Assembly (NCBI GenBank): GCA_049999805.1
Contig: JBNGIO010006316.1
Span: 560,983 to 593,658 of the forward strand
Direction: 5' to 3'
DNA from: Folioceros fuciformis
Lineage: Eukaryota
DNA: 32,676 nucleotides
Of this stretch, positions 1 to 12,985 are shown piece after piece. The notes beneath the pieces were generated by a model. The model was not told the DNA's origin. It searched no databases and saw nothing but the letters and a program-made list of their open reading frames with translations. The position numbers and the translations under genes are program-made. Position 1 is the stretch's first letter, and the number at the start of each line of letters is the position of its first letter.

Positions 1-709
1 CATATGGATCAGGCTTCGTTAACCCTAAACCATGGAGATCGTAATTCAATCTATTAAGGATTTTCGGCATACTAGATGGATGTGGGACAGAGATCGTTGC
101 GAGTGCCCCTTTTGCGGCAAACCAAGAAGTAGTAAAAGCCCAACTAGCTATTTGCATGTTTGCTGCTGAATTCGAGTTTGTGCCTTTCTTCACGATTACA
201 TGATGTCCACACAAGGTCCATGGGTTGAAGAGAATGTGCTAGAGACGGGCATAGATAAAGACAATTGCTCTTGTGGGCACAAAGAAAGTTGTCCATTGAA
301 AGCGGCTCATCCATCTCTAGGACAAGAGCTGCAGTAGAAACTAATTGCATCATCATCAGCCGACAAGCTGGCTTCGACCACGACGCGCTCGACCTCGGAG
401 GCATTAGAGACAGTAGGTTTCAGTGATAGGCACCGTCCCAATCACAGTTTTATTGCGTGTCAAAATTCGGCTGCTTGCAACACAACAAACTCACTAGGAA
501 TGAGCACGCATTCCAGAAGTGGATCCAGCAACAATGCGACAGCATTCAAAAGACTGCGGCGTGCTGGGGCAAAGGGGAAGAAGAAATGTAGGGAACACTG
601 AATTTAGAGTACAAAGTCCCGCAGGCCAAGGGTGGCAGGCTGTACACGGGACGGACAGCAGAGGATGGACCCCGAAGATTTAGAGAGGACCTAGCCTGAG
701 GCCATTAAC

Positions 710-1321
710 CTACAGCTCGTAGGCGGGCTTGCCGGTGAACTTCACAGTGGCAGGGTTGGCATTCTTGCCGATGCTTCGGCTGTTGATGTTGGTGCCCTTC
801 CTGCCAGCATTCACCTTCTCCGGGTAAACGCCGTCCTTGGGATGCAGGTACTGCACCTCACCGTTAGGGAACACTCGATAGAACTGGTACTGGATCTTGA
901 ACTTGGTGCGGAGTTTGGTACCGAGCGCCAAACACTGCTCCTTCCGAGCCAACTTCAGCAAGTTGGGGCCAGACCGCATGATGGCCGCCCCGCCGGTCGG
1001 CAACTCGAAGATCTGCTCCTTAGGGGACTCCCAGGTGATGACATAAAACTCCTCCACCTGCGCTTTGCGCAGGAGTCCGCCAGTGCTGCCTCCGAAGATG
1101 GGAGATGGCGTGTCTGGCTTCAGCTCCGGAGGAGTAAACCCTGCAGGTGCCTCAGTTGCTGCGGTCATGCACAGGCGGGCGCCGGCGCACGCTGCGTTCA
1201 GCCTCTGTCCGAAAAGGGCCGAGCTCCTGGCGAAGGAAGAGGAGGAGGCAGGCTTGCAGGAAGCTTCCTTCGCTGGCGCAGCCGCCACCAGGGCTGCTGA
1301 GGCTGATGCAATGGCCGCCAT
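710..1321 (-). CDS. psaD: Photosystem I reaction centre subunit II (PsaD), nuclear-encoded, intronless, with chloroplast transit peptide
   Basis: Translation contains [37 protein letters not shown] and [20 protein letters not shown]. The likely start is the ATG at 1321 ([11 protein letters not shown]..., Ala/Ser-rich transit peptide), not the ORF-track start at 1429. Confidence 0.97.
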   Translation of the reverse strand: MAAIASASAALVAAAPAKEASCKPASSSSFARSSALFGQRLNAACAGARLCMTAATEAPAGFTPPELKPDTPSPIFGGSTGGLLRKAQVEEFYVITWESPKEQIFELPTGGAAIMRSGPNLLKLARKEQCLALGTKLRTKFKIQYQFYRVFPNGEVQYLHPKDGVYPEKVNAGRKGTNINSRSIGKNANPATVKFTGKPAYEL

Positions 1322-1479
1322 TCCTGCTGTCGTCCTGGTCGTGTCCTGTGCACGGAACGCTGTGCGGGGAGGAAGCGTGAGGAAGATGGTGGAAACACCG
1401 TGGTTGCCTTGTGGTGATCTGCAAGACAAGCCGGTTTGGATGCGGAAGCGGAGGGCGGGAGCGCGGCCAGCACGCGGGC

Positions 1480-1552
1480 TCTCGGGGATAGACCGCGAGC
1501 TCGTCTGCCAATCCGCGCCCTGTGCGAGCGGATATAGTGCCGGCCAATCAGA
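1480..1552. promoter_or_regulatory. Probable psaD promoter elements (two CCAAT and two GGATA motifs)
   Basis: GCCAATC at ~1507 and ~1543, and GGATA at ~1486 and ~1530, lie 160-230 bp upstream of the psaD ATG. These motifs are typical of light-regulated photosynthesis genes. Motif match only. Confidence 0.35.
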
Positions 1553-1671
1553 GTGCGTCGAACAAGGAGAGGTGAAGGAGGGTGAACGAAGGTGAAACCG
1601 AGTTAGGGCTGAGGTAAAAACATCAGTGTTGAGGTAAGAAAGTCAGTGTACAGCGCTGCAGAGCAAAGTCA

Positions 1672-3885
1672 TCAGAGGGTCCGTGGCACCGTAGTGGTGC
1701 GGCCCCCGTTGGCGCCCGACTCCAGCAGGGCTTCGATGACGGCAAGGTCGTGGAGGCTCTCCGCTACCGAGCTGCGGGGTTCTGCGTCCTCTGTCGCGCA
1801 CTCTTCAATCACGTCCCGCACGAAGCACTTCACCTCTTCTTGCAGTCCCTCGAATGGATAGAACACGGTTGTGGTGATCTCTGTCTCCTTTTTCGCCTCT
1901 GTCGAAGATAGGTGAGTGACCTATGCCATGGGAATGAGTACGAGAGGGTCAGGTAACCGCTGAAACAACTGAGCGGTAGGAAGCGATTCTTGGTTGTTGA
2001 CTTACTAGGTAGCCCGGACGTGAGTCTCTGGTCCCTCGTGAAACCTCCACAGTTCCTTCAGTTCCTACTACTCGCCAGAGGACCTGCGTCAGTTGACATG
2101 GTAAGCCTCATGTGAGAAATGCTATGGTGCAGCAACAGGTAGATGACTGGGAGGTGGAGACAGAACAGGTGGATGGGTACCTGGCGGGAAGTGGAAGCCC
2201 ATGACATGACGAGTACCCCTGGGCAGCCGTTTTCGAGTGTACTGCAAGCGCCATCACAGGGTTCAGCTCAGACTATGAAACTGATCAGCAATGACGTAGA
2301 GGAGTGGCTGCAGCGATTGCACCCTACAAGATTGCAGATACAGTGTCAGGAGGTGGCAAGCTCGGATCAGCGTGTGTTGTGATGGCGTTGACTGATATGA
2401 CGTCAAGCCCTGTGATCTGCAAACCACGAGACTCATATCAGGGGGAAAGGCACCTGAAGGGCCTTGCAGAGTAATACACACGAGCCGAAATACTGCTTCT
2501 CGATATTACCAGTCGGAGGCCTGCTACGAAGTGGACACCCCCATCCTTGATAAATGCTCCCTGCAAAACGATGAGGCAACACTATTTCACAGCTTCCAAG
2601 GATGCCTACCTACCGATGTCCCCATGCCGACACCACGCCTGCTCCAGGGATTTGGATGCCTCTCACAAACTGGATGCGCTTACTCCTCACACCTGAAAGG
2701 CAGGGTCCCTGCGCCACGCGCTTTTGTAGTAGGGATTTGAAGACTGCATGGGGGATTCAACGATGACTTGCACGTTCACATAACGCCCAATATCCTCTGC
2801 AACAATCACGGCCCCCTGCAGGAATGTGGAATTGCCGCAACTTCCGATTACCAACATGCTCAGCAGGCTTACTTTGACAAACGCAAGCGCTGAATCATTC
2901 CCACATACCGCGATCAGCCCAGGTTCGAAGCGGTAATTTTCTCCCACTGCCCAGATGGGTGCACTGATGCGAGGCGCGAGCACTTCGTCGTACATTCGGA
3001 TCACATCAAGTACTTCTTGCACACCTGCGGACACCAAGTAATAGCAAACTCGGCAGTGATTACCTGCTCAGTCTTAAAATGAAAAGGTCGTGCGCTACAA
3101 CATGATCATCGGTACAGCAAACTGAAACAGCTAAGAAAACAACACAAGTAGCTTTCTGGAATGAACTTACTTGAACCCACAGGCTTCTCTGCAACCATCA
3201 ATCATGTAACCACGGAAACGACTTAGAAAGGATGTTGAACATTTCAACCGGACAAGGAAGTTGAGAGCAGTACAGGAAAGCAAGATCAGTGCTGGCGAAG
3301 TCCTGTCTTGTAAGAGAGTTGGTTACCACCTTGGAGCACATGTTTTCCTGCCTGCAATGCTCGGGAGACAATCTGCAACTGCAAGGCAAAAGAGAGGACG
3401 ATGGAGAAAACGTGCAAACATTTGCTCCTACAAAGCAGGCACTGTGTAATTGCGGTGGAGGATCCGAAATTTGTGCTAACAAATGCCTCAGTCAACCTTC
3501 TGAGGTAAGGAGAGTGAGGCCCTACCTGGACTTGAGGAGGCAAAACAACAAAGACCCCGCGCACACTAGGATCCTGCAAAATCTCCTCCAATCCTTCTTC
3601 CCCCCACTTAGGTTCTGCATTCGGATAAACAGCTTGTGCTTGCGAGAACACTTCCACAGCTGCTTCCTGTTCAATTACGGTGAAGGTTCATCTCCCACAG
3701 GTTTGGAGTGTGGAATGGCGACAATGACAGCGAAGAAAGAACTTCCGGCCAAGGAGATATACCTGAGATCGGCTCCACACAGCTTTGAGGTTAACGGGAA
3801 GGACATTAAGCAAGGGCAAATAGTGCAACCGAGCGAAGGTGCCCGCTCCGAGCAATGCAAATCCAAGATCTGCTCCCTCCCCCAT
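1672..3885 (-). CDS. Gfo/Idh/MocA-family NAD(P)-dependent oxidoreductase, multi-exon
   Basis: Exon 1 reads MGEGADLGFALLGAGTFARLHYLP (Rossmann motif). Later exons give GLEEILQDPSVRGVFVVLPPQVQ, RALQAGKHVLQ, IWAVGENYRFEPG and NPYYKSAWRRD. The C-terminal exon reads SLHDLAVIEALLESG, with stop at 1672. Short GT-AG introns; not all exon borders were resolved. Confidence 0.88.
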
Positions 3886-4200
3886 GATTTGGTATCAGCT
3901 AGCCCTCGCACCGAGAGAGTCTCGGACCAGTAGTGCGTACCAGACTATTTGTTCAAAACTATGAAGACAAGTGCTCCGTTCGATGTCGGGACCGACGAGA
4001 AACAAAATTAGGGTGTCGTCCTTCGACACCAATAGGCATCAGCATCGCAACAAGGACATATCCGTACTCTGGCGTGGGCTGGCGAACACAGTACCGAACC
4101 GGCACGCTGCCATCGCATGGATGCCAGCGGGAATCAACGACACCAATGATCTTGCTGGAACGGTTCGAATGCCCCAGCTGCCTGTCTCCAGGATCAAATC

Positions 4201-4949
4201 ATGGTAGCGGGATTTACGCTGTGGTTAATTTCGTTCTTCGGTGTGGCTGGACAGTTGATGCTTCTTGTTTACCAAGTGAGTCGCATCTTTCACTACCGCA
4301 ATTTCAAAGTTCCAGCACCATGTGTGAGTCGTCGGAATTGTTGTTGCTGACCCTATGCGGGATTGCTTTCTGAGTTACTGACTGAATTGAGGCTATGTTC
4401 TGTGCAATTTTGGCAGCTAATGAGTCTATCCGATTTGGAGTTTGACTACATCAACCCCTACGACTCGGCAAGCAGGATCAACAGAGTTGTTCTTTGGGAT
4501 TTTGGTTTGCATGCTGCCTTGTCTGTCTTTTTTTTGCTCACTGGACACTGGATCATGTTTCTGGTGAATACCCCCCTGATATATTTCCACGGAAGATTGT
4601 AAGTGGATTCTGCTGTTGCTTTGAAGGCTTAGACTGTATTGAAACTTTATCTTCCCTGGACATTTTGTGTCACCGAGCTCTTATTCGACCGTTCCTATCC
4701 CTACTTGATCAGGTACCAGAGAAAACAGTATTTACTAGACGTGACGGAGATTTTTAATCAGTTAGATTATGAGAAGAAGTACAGGCTCGTGAAGCTAGGA
4801 TTCACTCTAGCCATCTTCTTCGTCGTTATTTTCAGGTAAGGTGTTGTGGAATATTTGAACATTCCTTGTTGCTCCAGGTGGTCAGTCAACTGAATTCCTT
4901 CTGGTTACGTTTTTGCAGGATGCTCTTGGTAATCATCGAAGACAGCTGA
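4201..4949 (+). CDS. CNIH: Cornichon-family ER cargo receptor (4 exons: ~4201-4275, 4417-4598, 4712-4835, 4919-4949)
   Basis: Spliced translation: MVAGFTLWLISFFGVAGQLMLLVYQ|LMSLSDLEFDYINPYDSASRIN...FLLTGHWIMFLVNTP...|YLLDVTEIFNQLDYEKKYRLVKLGF... The LxDLExDYINP motif is the cornichon signature. Donors gtgagt/gtaag and acceptors cag are visible. Confidence 0.93.
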
Positions 4950-5660
4950 GAGGCTCAGGCATCAGATGCGGCACTGAAGCCTTTGTCATATGTCTTCTTA
5001 GGAGCAAAGGTGCCACTGGCGAAGCCATGTACAAGCCGCAGCTGTTCCTGGGGCTGTTCAGAATTTGAGTAAGCACAGAGGGGCTTCGCATTCACGTGGT
5101 TGTCATACATGAAACGAGTTCAATGAAACGACAACTCTTGAAGGAAGGAATGCTGATGGATAATCTTGTCAAGAGGGTAAGCTTTGAAACTGACATGTGA
5201 TAAAGCAGACCTTTCCCATCTTGTCAAGACCATCCATCAGTATACCCTCGTAAGATTCAAGAGGGAACGAGTCCATATGATTGTCGAAGGACATGCTGAC
5301 TCCACTTTTCGCTTGAATTCAGGAAGGTGGCTGTGAGCACGTCAGGAAGATGATGAGCTGCTGCCAAAACGTAAAGATGTCTCGAGGACATCGATGATCA
5401 TATATACAAAGGCGATAATTTTGGGACCAGTTTCTAAACTAATTCGAACACCAGTGCTGCACCTCCCTGCAAAATTGTGAAAGAAGAGCTAGAAGCGAAC
5501 TGTCAAGCGCAATGAAGAAAAGCGCAGTACTTCTGGTTGTACAGACAGCAAGATGCAATCGACAGCGCCGAAAAGAAACAGAGTCGGATCAATCTAAAAC
5601 TGCCACTCCGAGTTCCATCCAAAATGCATTCTGCTCGACCGGGCGAGGCCATTTCAGTTC

Positions 5661-6359
5661 TCAACCAGAACGCTCAAGCCGGGCACTGCGCCTGAGAGGA
5701 ACGGCACCAGACTTGATCTTGGCCAGCAGCGACTCGATCGCAGCCTCCTCGTCCTCTTCTTCCTCCTCATCCTCGCTGCTGTCCGAGCCGTGTTCCGACA
5801 AGTCTTCCTCATCGATTTCCCGCTTCGCAGCCTTCCCACGCAGCCGTTTAGCATCAGGAGCGGCGGTCACAGTTGTCCCGCCTCTCTTTTTCGAAGCATC
5901 AGGCTCTAACCTGGCAGATCCCTGTTTGAGCTTCTCCATCAAGTCCCTCCCGGCAGTGAGCCGCAACGGAGCCTTCTTGCTGGAAGACCTTTTCCTGTGC
6001 GGCTTCCATCTGGAGGATCTGTGCGAGGACTGTCCTCCAAACCAGCCTCTCCGCTTCAAACTATTCACGGTGCTGGAAGACTTGGCCGTCCGCAACTCTG
6101 CGTCCTCCACAGGCTCGGGCTCTGAGTCTTCATCCATTTCTCTCAGCTTGCTGAGCCGGCCCTCAATCTTCCCCTGGAACCGCTTGGTCTGCCTGCAGAG
6201 TCCCCCCATCCTCCACGACGCATCGGCGGCCCATCGTAAGAGCGATCCATTCACAGACGGCAGCGGATCCACCCTCTCCTCATCCGGCACATTAGCCAGG
6301 ATCCGGGGACGAGGCAGGGAGCTGCCGTAGAACTTGCCAGGCTTCAACGCAATCACCAT
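5661..6359 (-). CDS. Conserved land-plant protein of unknown function with basic and acidic low-complexity C-terminus, intronless
   Basis: The N-terminus MVIALKPGKFYGSSLPRPR...RVDP...LLRWAADASWRMGGL...RFQGKIEG resembles, from memory, a conserved uncharacterised plant family. The C-terminus has K/R-rich NLS-like runs, an acidic tract and RRSARL. Confidence 0.75.
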   Translation of the reverse strand: MVIALKPGKFYGSSLPRPRILANVPDEERVDPLPSVNGSLLRWAADASWRMGGLCRQTKRFQGKIEGRLSKLREMDEDSEPEPVEDAELRTAKSSSTVNSLKRRGWFGGQSSHRSSRWKPHRKRSSSKKAPLRLTAGRDLMEKLKQGSARLEPDASKKRGGTTVTAAPDAKRLRGKAAKREIDEEDLSEHGSDSSEDEEEEEDEEAAIESLLAKIKSGAVPLRRSARLERSG

Positions 6360-7459
6360 CACGCCAACCCCGAAGCTCCGGCTGAGACCACGGCGCAGCG
6401 GAGAGTGGAGACGCGGGAGATGAAAGTCGACCGAGGCCCCAGGCAGACGGGGCGCAACCTTGCAGTGCAGGCGCTAGCCGCTTGCCCATGGCATCAAGGG
6501 AAGAAGCAGGCCGGGACGAAAGCTGGCGGGAAGGAGTGAAGACGCGGGAAAAGTTGGAATGAAAGCGGGAGCCGAATTGAAACCATACTGACCCGTCCTC
6601 CCCCGCCACTCGAACGAGACGAGTTTCACGACTCCACACAAGACAGTAAGGAGAGCGTCGTGCGGCACTTTCTTTTGCGCCGAAAGTGCATAACTTCAGC
6701 CTAGCTAGACTGCTAGAGCCAGAAGACCTAAAGTCATGGGTGACCTCGGGTTCCCTGGGCGTAATCGGTGTTGTGTTCGCCACTCTAGGCGCGTACCACA
6801 ACACCTCTAGAGCCTGTTAAACGCAGACAGACTTCCCACATTTCATATCCATCGAGGACAGGATTGGACAAACAGTGCTTTCCCATATTCCGTAACCCTG
6901 AAGATGACAAGATGCAAGCACAGGTGTGCGTGTGAAGGTGTCGACTTGCTCCCCAAGGGGATCAGGCAATGATCAACGCAGTAGACATGATAGCAGCAAG
7001 CTTAGGGGACGTCGCATTTTCAGCGCTAGGTATGTACAATGTCTAACAAATCAGACAGTAACATTGCTGAGCAACAGGTAGTTATGAGATGAGCAATCAC
7101 GCCCGTGGGTCTGGTGCTCCACAAGAAGTTCGCCCGTCCGCTCCGGAGAGTGGAGTTTCCCACACTTGTTTTACAATCTCCTCAGAGACTCTGAATACAT
7201 ATATGTACTCGCTCGCCCCGTGCCCTTAAAAAGGATGGATCTTCCATGTGCTGATGACCTGTCCTCTCCCTGATTGCATCCAGAAGAGTGTTCAATTCGC
7301 ATGTATCAAGAGTACGGCATTGCACGAGACACAGAGTAGGAGGTAGCTTTCCAGGCGAGCGCGGCAGGACATGAGGCACGACAAAAACTCACATCTTCGT
7401 CCAATAAATGTTCCTAGTACTACAATACCGGTGTCAAGCTGCAAAGAGGTTCACACCAG

Positions 7460-8878
7460 TCAGGCCGCCAATCCCAATTCTTTCCTTGTTTTGGGAATGA
7501 AGAGCGCTTTGCTCTTCATCGAGGAGAGGATTTTGCTCTGGAAAACGCCGAAGGGAAGATCTGCCACAGCGTTGTTCCGGCCCAGGCTGACGATGAATAT
7601 GGGCGGCCCTGACTTGTACAAGGCCGGCTTGGGGTTTTTCCCCGACTTGATGAGCGTCTTGATGTTCTTCGCCACCACCTCCGTATGCTTGATGGTGTAA
7701 TATCCTTGCTTGTTCTCCTGCAAAGCCCGCCACTCACACTATTGGTCCAGGGAAGGAGATGCGAACTCAGGAAATTTGTCCAGAGGAATTGTGGGCACCT
7801 TGATATTGGTAATGTCCCCGACGGCGAACACGTTCTCCTTGCCCTCAACGACCAGAGTCGAGGAGTTCACCTTCAACCTGCCGTCAGAGTCCACAGAACT
7901 CGCCAGAGACGAGTCCTGGAGCCAGCCGCTGCCCACCTTCTTCCCGATGGCCACGAACAGGGCATCGGCCGACAGAGACTTCCCTGAAGCGGTGGAGGAT
8001 GGTACCTCCGTTGAGCCGGGCTGGACTTCCACTCGGTCGTTCAGGATCACCTCCACCTTCCTCGACACCAACCAATCCAAGGCCTTCTTGCTCGCTTTCG
8101 GCCGGACAAACTCGATGAGCCTGTCCCCACCGTGCACCAGCGTCACCTTCTTGTCCGGGAAGTCGGTGACGATCTCGCCCGCCAGCTCCACGCCCACCGG
8201 GCCTCCTCCCACGATGAGCACGGAGTTGGCAGCAACCAGTCTCTTGTGCTCTGCCACACAGAAAGCCAGCCAGCCCAAGCGAGCCTCAGCACAAACGGCC
8301 AAGTCACCCATGGCCAGCCACCACAGCCAGCCCAGACGGATCCGTGTCGTATCCTACACGTCGACCCACCTGTCTCGAGGAAGGCGACGCGCTCCCCTCT
8401 AGTCGCAGGCCCCGAGAAGGTGGTGCCCGTGGCGATGATGAGGAAGTCGTAGGGCAAGGAGGAGCCATCGCTCAAGGCCACCTCCGTGTCCGTGACACTG
8501 GTGGCGCTGCTGTGCACCACGGTGCTCTTCTTCAGGTACTCGGAGTGCAGGAAGATGGCCTTTTCGGCAACCTTGGGCTCCACGATCAGCCGCAGGCCAG
8601 CGTAGGGGACCTCGAAGTAGTCCTTCCTGCGGGGAGGCCATCATCACACATCCACTATCCCCATCAGAGCCAGTTCCCCTGCTGCACCCAGAAAGGGTCC
8701 AGAAAAGAAAGCACAACGGCTCCCATTCCCAATCCGAATCCCAGCTCCCGCAGGCATAAACCAGGGGCACCTACGGATCCACGACAGTCACATTCGCCAC
8801 ATTCTCCAAGGCCTTGGCCGCATAGGCGCCTCCCACGCCTCCTCCAACAATCACCACGTTCTTCCTCGCATCCGCCAT
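7460..8878 (-). CDS. FAD/NAD(P)H oxidoreductase of the AIFM2/FSP1 (apoptosis-inducing factor homolog) family, multi-exon
   Basis: Exon 1 (ATG 8878) reads MADARKNVVIVGGGVGGAYAAKAL. Later motifs are LPYDFLIIATG, VLIVGGGPVGVELAGEIVTDFPDKKVTLVH, NVFAVGDIT and IVSLGRNNAVA. Stop at 7460. Confidence 0.9.
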
Positions 8879-9975
8879 GGATGGTTGCAGTGGCACGCTG
8901 CTGCGCTGCAGAAGCACAGACTCCAGGACACCGGCAGAGGAGAGGGCACGAGACGAGACGAGACGGCACAGCAGTAGCGATCCCTCAAGAGTCTAGATTT
9001 CACTCACGCAGGCTGACCGAGAGCGCATCACAAGCAGCAATTAATAGGCACGCCTCAGCCGCAGTCAGGGCTCGTCTTCCTCATGAACCGCCCCTAGAAG
9101 GCTCGCACAATTCGGCTATGCCGGACCCACCTTTGTATTTCATCTTTCCCTCCCTTGCCGTTGAGATTCACTTCCGGCCCACCTCCAACCAAGTTTTTGT
9201 AATCGACTGTCATTCACAGGACTGGAAGGAGAAGTGTATTTAACTTCTTGACATAAAGTCAGAGCAATGAAACAAGGGTTTACAGGGCTCGAGACCATAT
9301 GTAACTGTAACTTTCGAGGACTTTGTACTTCGGGAGTGAATTTTCACGATTCAAAAGTCTTCGATACGGGGAGTCAAGATGCTGAGCTGCCAGACAGCTA
9401 GACAAATAAAGCAAAGAGCAGGAGGACGGGGCTGGGCCATCGACCCACCGCACCCATCTCTGCTCTCTCCAGACATGAGCTTAGAGCGTCAGAGCACAGT
9501 GGAAATTGCAAAGCAAGTCCAGATTAGACTCACAAAAACCTGGTTCCACTCTGTCCACGTTCAATGCTCCCGATATTCATCAAGGAAGGGATCACTCCTA
9601 AAGTGGGCAAGTGTGCACCCTGTCCACAGCAACTGCTTCTGTAGAGTAGGTGCATACATGTAACATCCCAGAGCTACGCACCCTTTTAGGACAGGCCTAG
9701 AGCGGGATGTGGAATGTTCCCGAAAGCATGTGACGAGCGAGACCATGACTCACTACGAGTCCAGCTTGATGACGCTTTACAGCCTGCATTCAAGGCGGCA
9801 TGTGGGTGGGCCACCGCCCGCTTCCCTGACTAAGTGGCCATACAATGGAGACGGCACAGGCACAGTAACAGTAGCTGCGCCACACACAGCCGCATGACGT
9901 GCAGTTTGGCAGTTCCCACCTCCCTGCCGTCGGCCTTGTTCGTATCCCAGATTCTCCTCACGCTCCCCGAGCACG

Positions 9976-12800
9976 TCAGCCTTTGCCGTTGCCGAGACCG
10001 TGTCTCCTGCTCCTCGCTTTCATCGAAGCCCATTCGAAATGGTCACACCGGGCTGCTGAATTAGAAGCTGGGCCCTGTGCACACGGTTCACTATCGACGT
10101 TAGCACACTGCAACGGCCGATTATCAACACCGGCCGGTGCTTACAGGGAAGGATGCCATCACTGCACTCCCACAGGTCTCCGGGAGAAGAAAGAGCAACA
10201 CCCACCTGAGCTCGAGCGCAAACATAGAACCCACGCCCAATGTTGGGCCCCGCTTTCTTCACCTGCCTCACCACGCAGGGCTCCCCATGACCTCTGCAAA
10301 GAGGGACATTGGCTGCCATGAACTGTTGAATTCTCTGCCATTCGGTGGCTGCTGTTTCTTGCTTGCCTCCAGACGCAACACCACTGCCCACAACCTCTGC
10401 CCTATCTAACACGGTGCCCTGCTTCTGTTTCTCATTCCCACACAGAGACAAGGAATCCTCTGTGTTGAACGTGGTATCAGAGTCATAACTCGACATAACA
10501 GTACACCTAAACTCTGTGTCATTCCCCATATTCATGGGCCCCTGATATACGCCGGCCTTCTCCACAACTGCTTCCACAGGCCCAGCTCGAGCGAAGAAGG
10601 ACTGGAGGCTACTCTGAACAGCTCGCTGGCCATTCAAATTTCTATCACCGCTTGACTTCTTTCCTGCTTTCGCTATCTTTTGTGGATCAACGTTCACTGT
10701 TCCTTCTACTGTTGAACATTGGGACTTTCCAACATTAACGTTCCCCTGCAGTTGAAGATTGCCCTGCCGTAGGGTACAATCCGCACCCTCCATTTTCCCA
10801 TATTCTTGCACGCCCTCTACGTGCGATTCGTTCCCGCGCTCGGCATTGCAAAACTCAGGGGTTACACCATCTTGCCATGTATCATCATGCTTTCGCTTCA
10901 ATCTCTCATCCGACGGCCCTTGTGATTGCTTTTGAAATAAAGAGACTGCCGGTGCCAGCAACGACAAGAACAAGTTGAGTCAAGAGACACTATGTGCTCC
11001 CCTTTTCAAGCATCATGAAAACACGTCAATGCATTTGTACCTATGCTTTGCTGACGACCACGAAGCTCTGGCATGAAACGAGCTGCTAGAGGAGGAACAT
11101 CGTGGGCTGGCAGACAAGGCTGCTTCCTGAGCTTGACATAAACGGGTGCGTGGTCTGAGCCTTCAAGTTTAAGGCTCCTCCCTCCAGCCCATCTGACATC
11201 AGTGCAAAACCACACGTCAGCCTTAAACAGGGGCCTGCGTGAACGACCTACCTCACCGGTTCACTTGTACACAACATCGTGGGCTGCACGAATCCTGCAA
11301 ACTATATGGATAAAATGGACAAACCTAGGGATGGAATCTGGTTTGGCACGCTTGTGCGCCAGCAGAATATCCGACTCTTCTACCTCACATTCACCAAACA
11401 AGTGGGATCCTGAATAAAAAGGGCGATCTGAATGTGAACATGGTCCACCTACAAGGATGAGGTCAATGCGAGTTCCAAAATTGAACTCCTCGGCTCCAGA
11501 AGCCTGTGACCAGCATGTGTATGCTTCTCTTCTGCAAATTGAGGTGGGACAGAAGCACATAGCTCCTCGTCAGGTCTGGCATAAACAGTAACCCTCGGAA
11601 AGTGTACTTCCAGCATGATGACACACACGGAGTGATTTAAAAGATACGTTACCGGTGGGGATGCAGCTGCCGGAACACATCAACAAATGGGCCGCCACCA
11701 GATGACAGCATGCTCCTCAACCATATTCTGCAGCTGCAGGGACGGCAAAGCACAAACACATCATACGTACCTATAACCACTAGGCTGACGAAGCCAAGTT
11801 AAAATCAACGACAAACCACATACGGATTCTGTTCAAATTCTGGCCCAGGATCACAAGAATCAATGGGGAAAGGCGAAATATTGAAGTCCCCCACAGCTAT
11901 AACAGCTCTCCCTTCTCTCAAAAGCCCCCCCCACCTGCACTGCATTACAAGACACGAGAAAAACGGGTCACAAAAGAGCGGATTGAGCACAGACAAGGAA
12001 GCAACCACCACATGACGCCACCTGTAGGGCTCTGAAGAAGTCCAATTTGAACTGCAGCCGATCTGAGTCTCCAGCTTGGACCCGAGGACCATAGATGTTG
12101 AAAAGCACTGCAAGTAAATCCAGCCTGCCTGAGTAAACCCTGAAACCCTCTGCAACAAACAGCGGCTCGCCCTTACTTCTACTCACCAAAGGAACCATGG
12201 TCAGTGACCACACACCGACCCTCACTATCCAGCCGGAGCAACTCCTGCGCGCTCATATGCTCCATGTTCCAGACTTCCTGGTAGCAGCCAACACGTCCCC
12301 TCTCCTGTGTCAACTTGCCGTCCTTGGAACAATGCAAGAGGCCCGTAAACCCCTCATCCGCAGCCAGGGGCACAGCATCATTCGCATTCAGGTGGCTTGC
12401 AACGCGGCAAAAGGTTGCCACTCCTGCAGACCATTCACTGGGGTCACAAATGGGGCATCACACATGAAAGGTAGGCACAAAGACAAATCGGGGCTCACCT
12501 GAGTAGCCAATCCGGCCCTTCTTTGCTGTACGAGTACAAGAGAAGAAGGACTCGTAGCCAGCAGCTACCGCGATGTCGGAAGACAGTTCCTGTCTGGATA
12601 ATTTAGTCTCCTGCAACCAGTGGCCAGAGATGAATGAGATGGAATCCAAAACAGGTGTGTAGTCCGCATGGGATAGGGAGCTGGCATACCACCTGAATGC
12701 AAATTATGTCTGCATTCAAAGAGTCCAAAAACGTTGCTAGAGGGCGCCCATGGGAGACCCGAGCTCGCAGCCCATTCACATTGAACGTCACTATCCTCAT
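9976..12800 (-). CDS. APE2: DNA-(apurinic/apyrimidinic site) endonuclease 2 (ExoIII-type domain, PIP box, GRF zinc finger), multi-exon
   Basis: Motifs [51 protein letters not shown] and [11 protein letters not shown] box QSSLQSFF; zf-[38 protein letters not shown]...RCDHFEW. Stop TGA at 9976-9978. Confidence 0.95.
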
Positions 12801-12911
12801 GTGCGTTGTGCCAGTAGGTCTGGGCCAGTTTCACTTTGTGTTGGGTCTCTTCTTGGAATTTATTTAAAATTATAGTTTTATATTAAAAAAAACCCTTATT
12901 TGCGTATATCG

Positions 12912-12985
12912 GCTCTGATAGCTCAGATGGCTAGAGCACCCGTTTAGTAAGCGGGAGGTCCTGAGTTCAATTCTCAGTTAGAGCA
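12912..12985 (+). tRNA. trnT-AGU: tRNA-Thr, anticodon AGT
   Basis: Cloverleaf: acceptor GCTCTGA/TTAGAGC plus discriminator A, D-arm GCTC...GAGC, anticodon stem CCCGT/GCGGG with loop TTAGTAA, T-arm CTGAG-TTCAATT-CTCAG. Confidence 0.96.

Noticed and set aside
1-420. Possible retroelement or zinc-finger remnant (CPFC in one frame)
   Set aside because: All frames I read are interrupted and no family motif could be supported.
842-1595. Plus-strand ORFs overlapping psaD
   Set aside because: Antisense shadows of a GC-rich coding region with no motifs.
5512-6330. 272-aa plus-strand ORF
   Set aside because: Antisense shadow of the 5661-6359 gene; its Ser runs mirror the Glu/Asp tract.
7460-8878. 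Functional cell-death cluster linking the AIF/FSP1-like gene to the caspase gene
   Set aside because: The gene is an ordinary conserved plant oxidoreductase ~15 kb away in the housekeeping block. Proximity alone is not evidence.
7710-9243. Long plus-strand ORFs 7710-8402 and 8344-9243
   Set aside because: Antisense to the FSP1/AIFM2-like exons, with no recognisable protein features.
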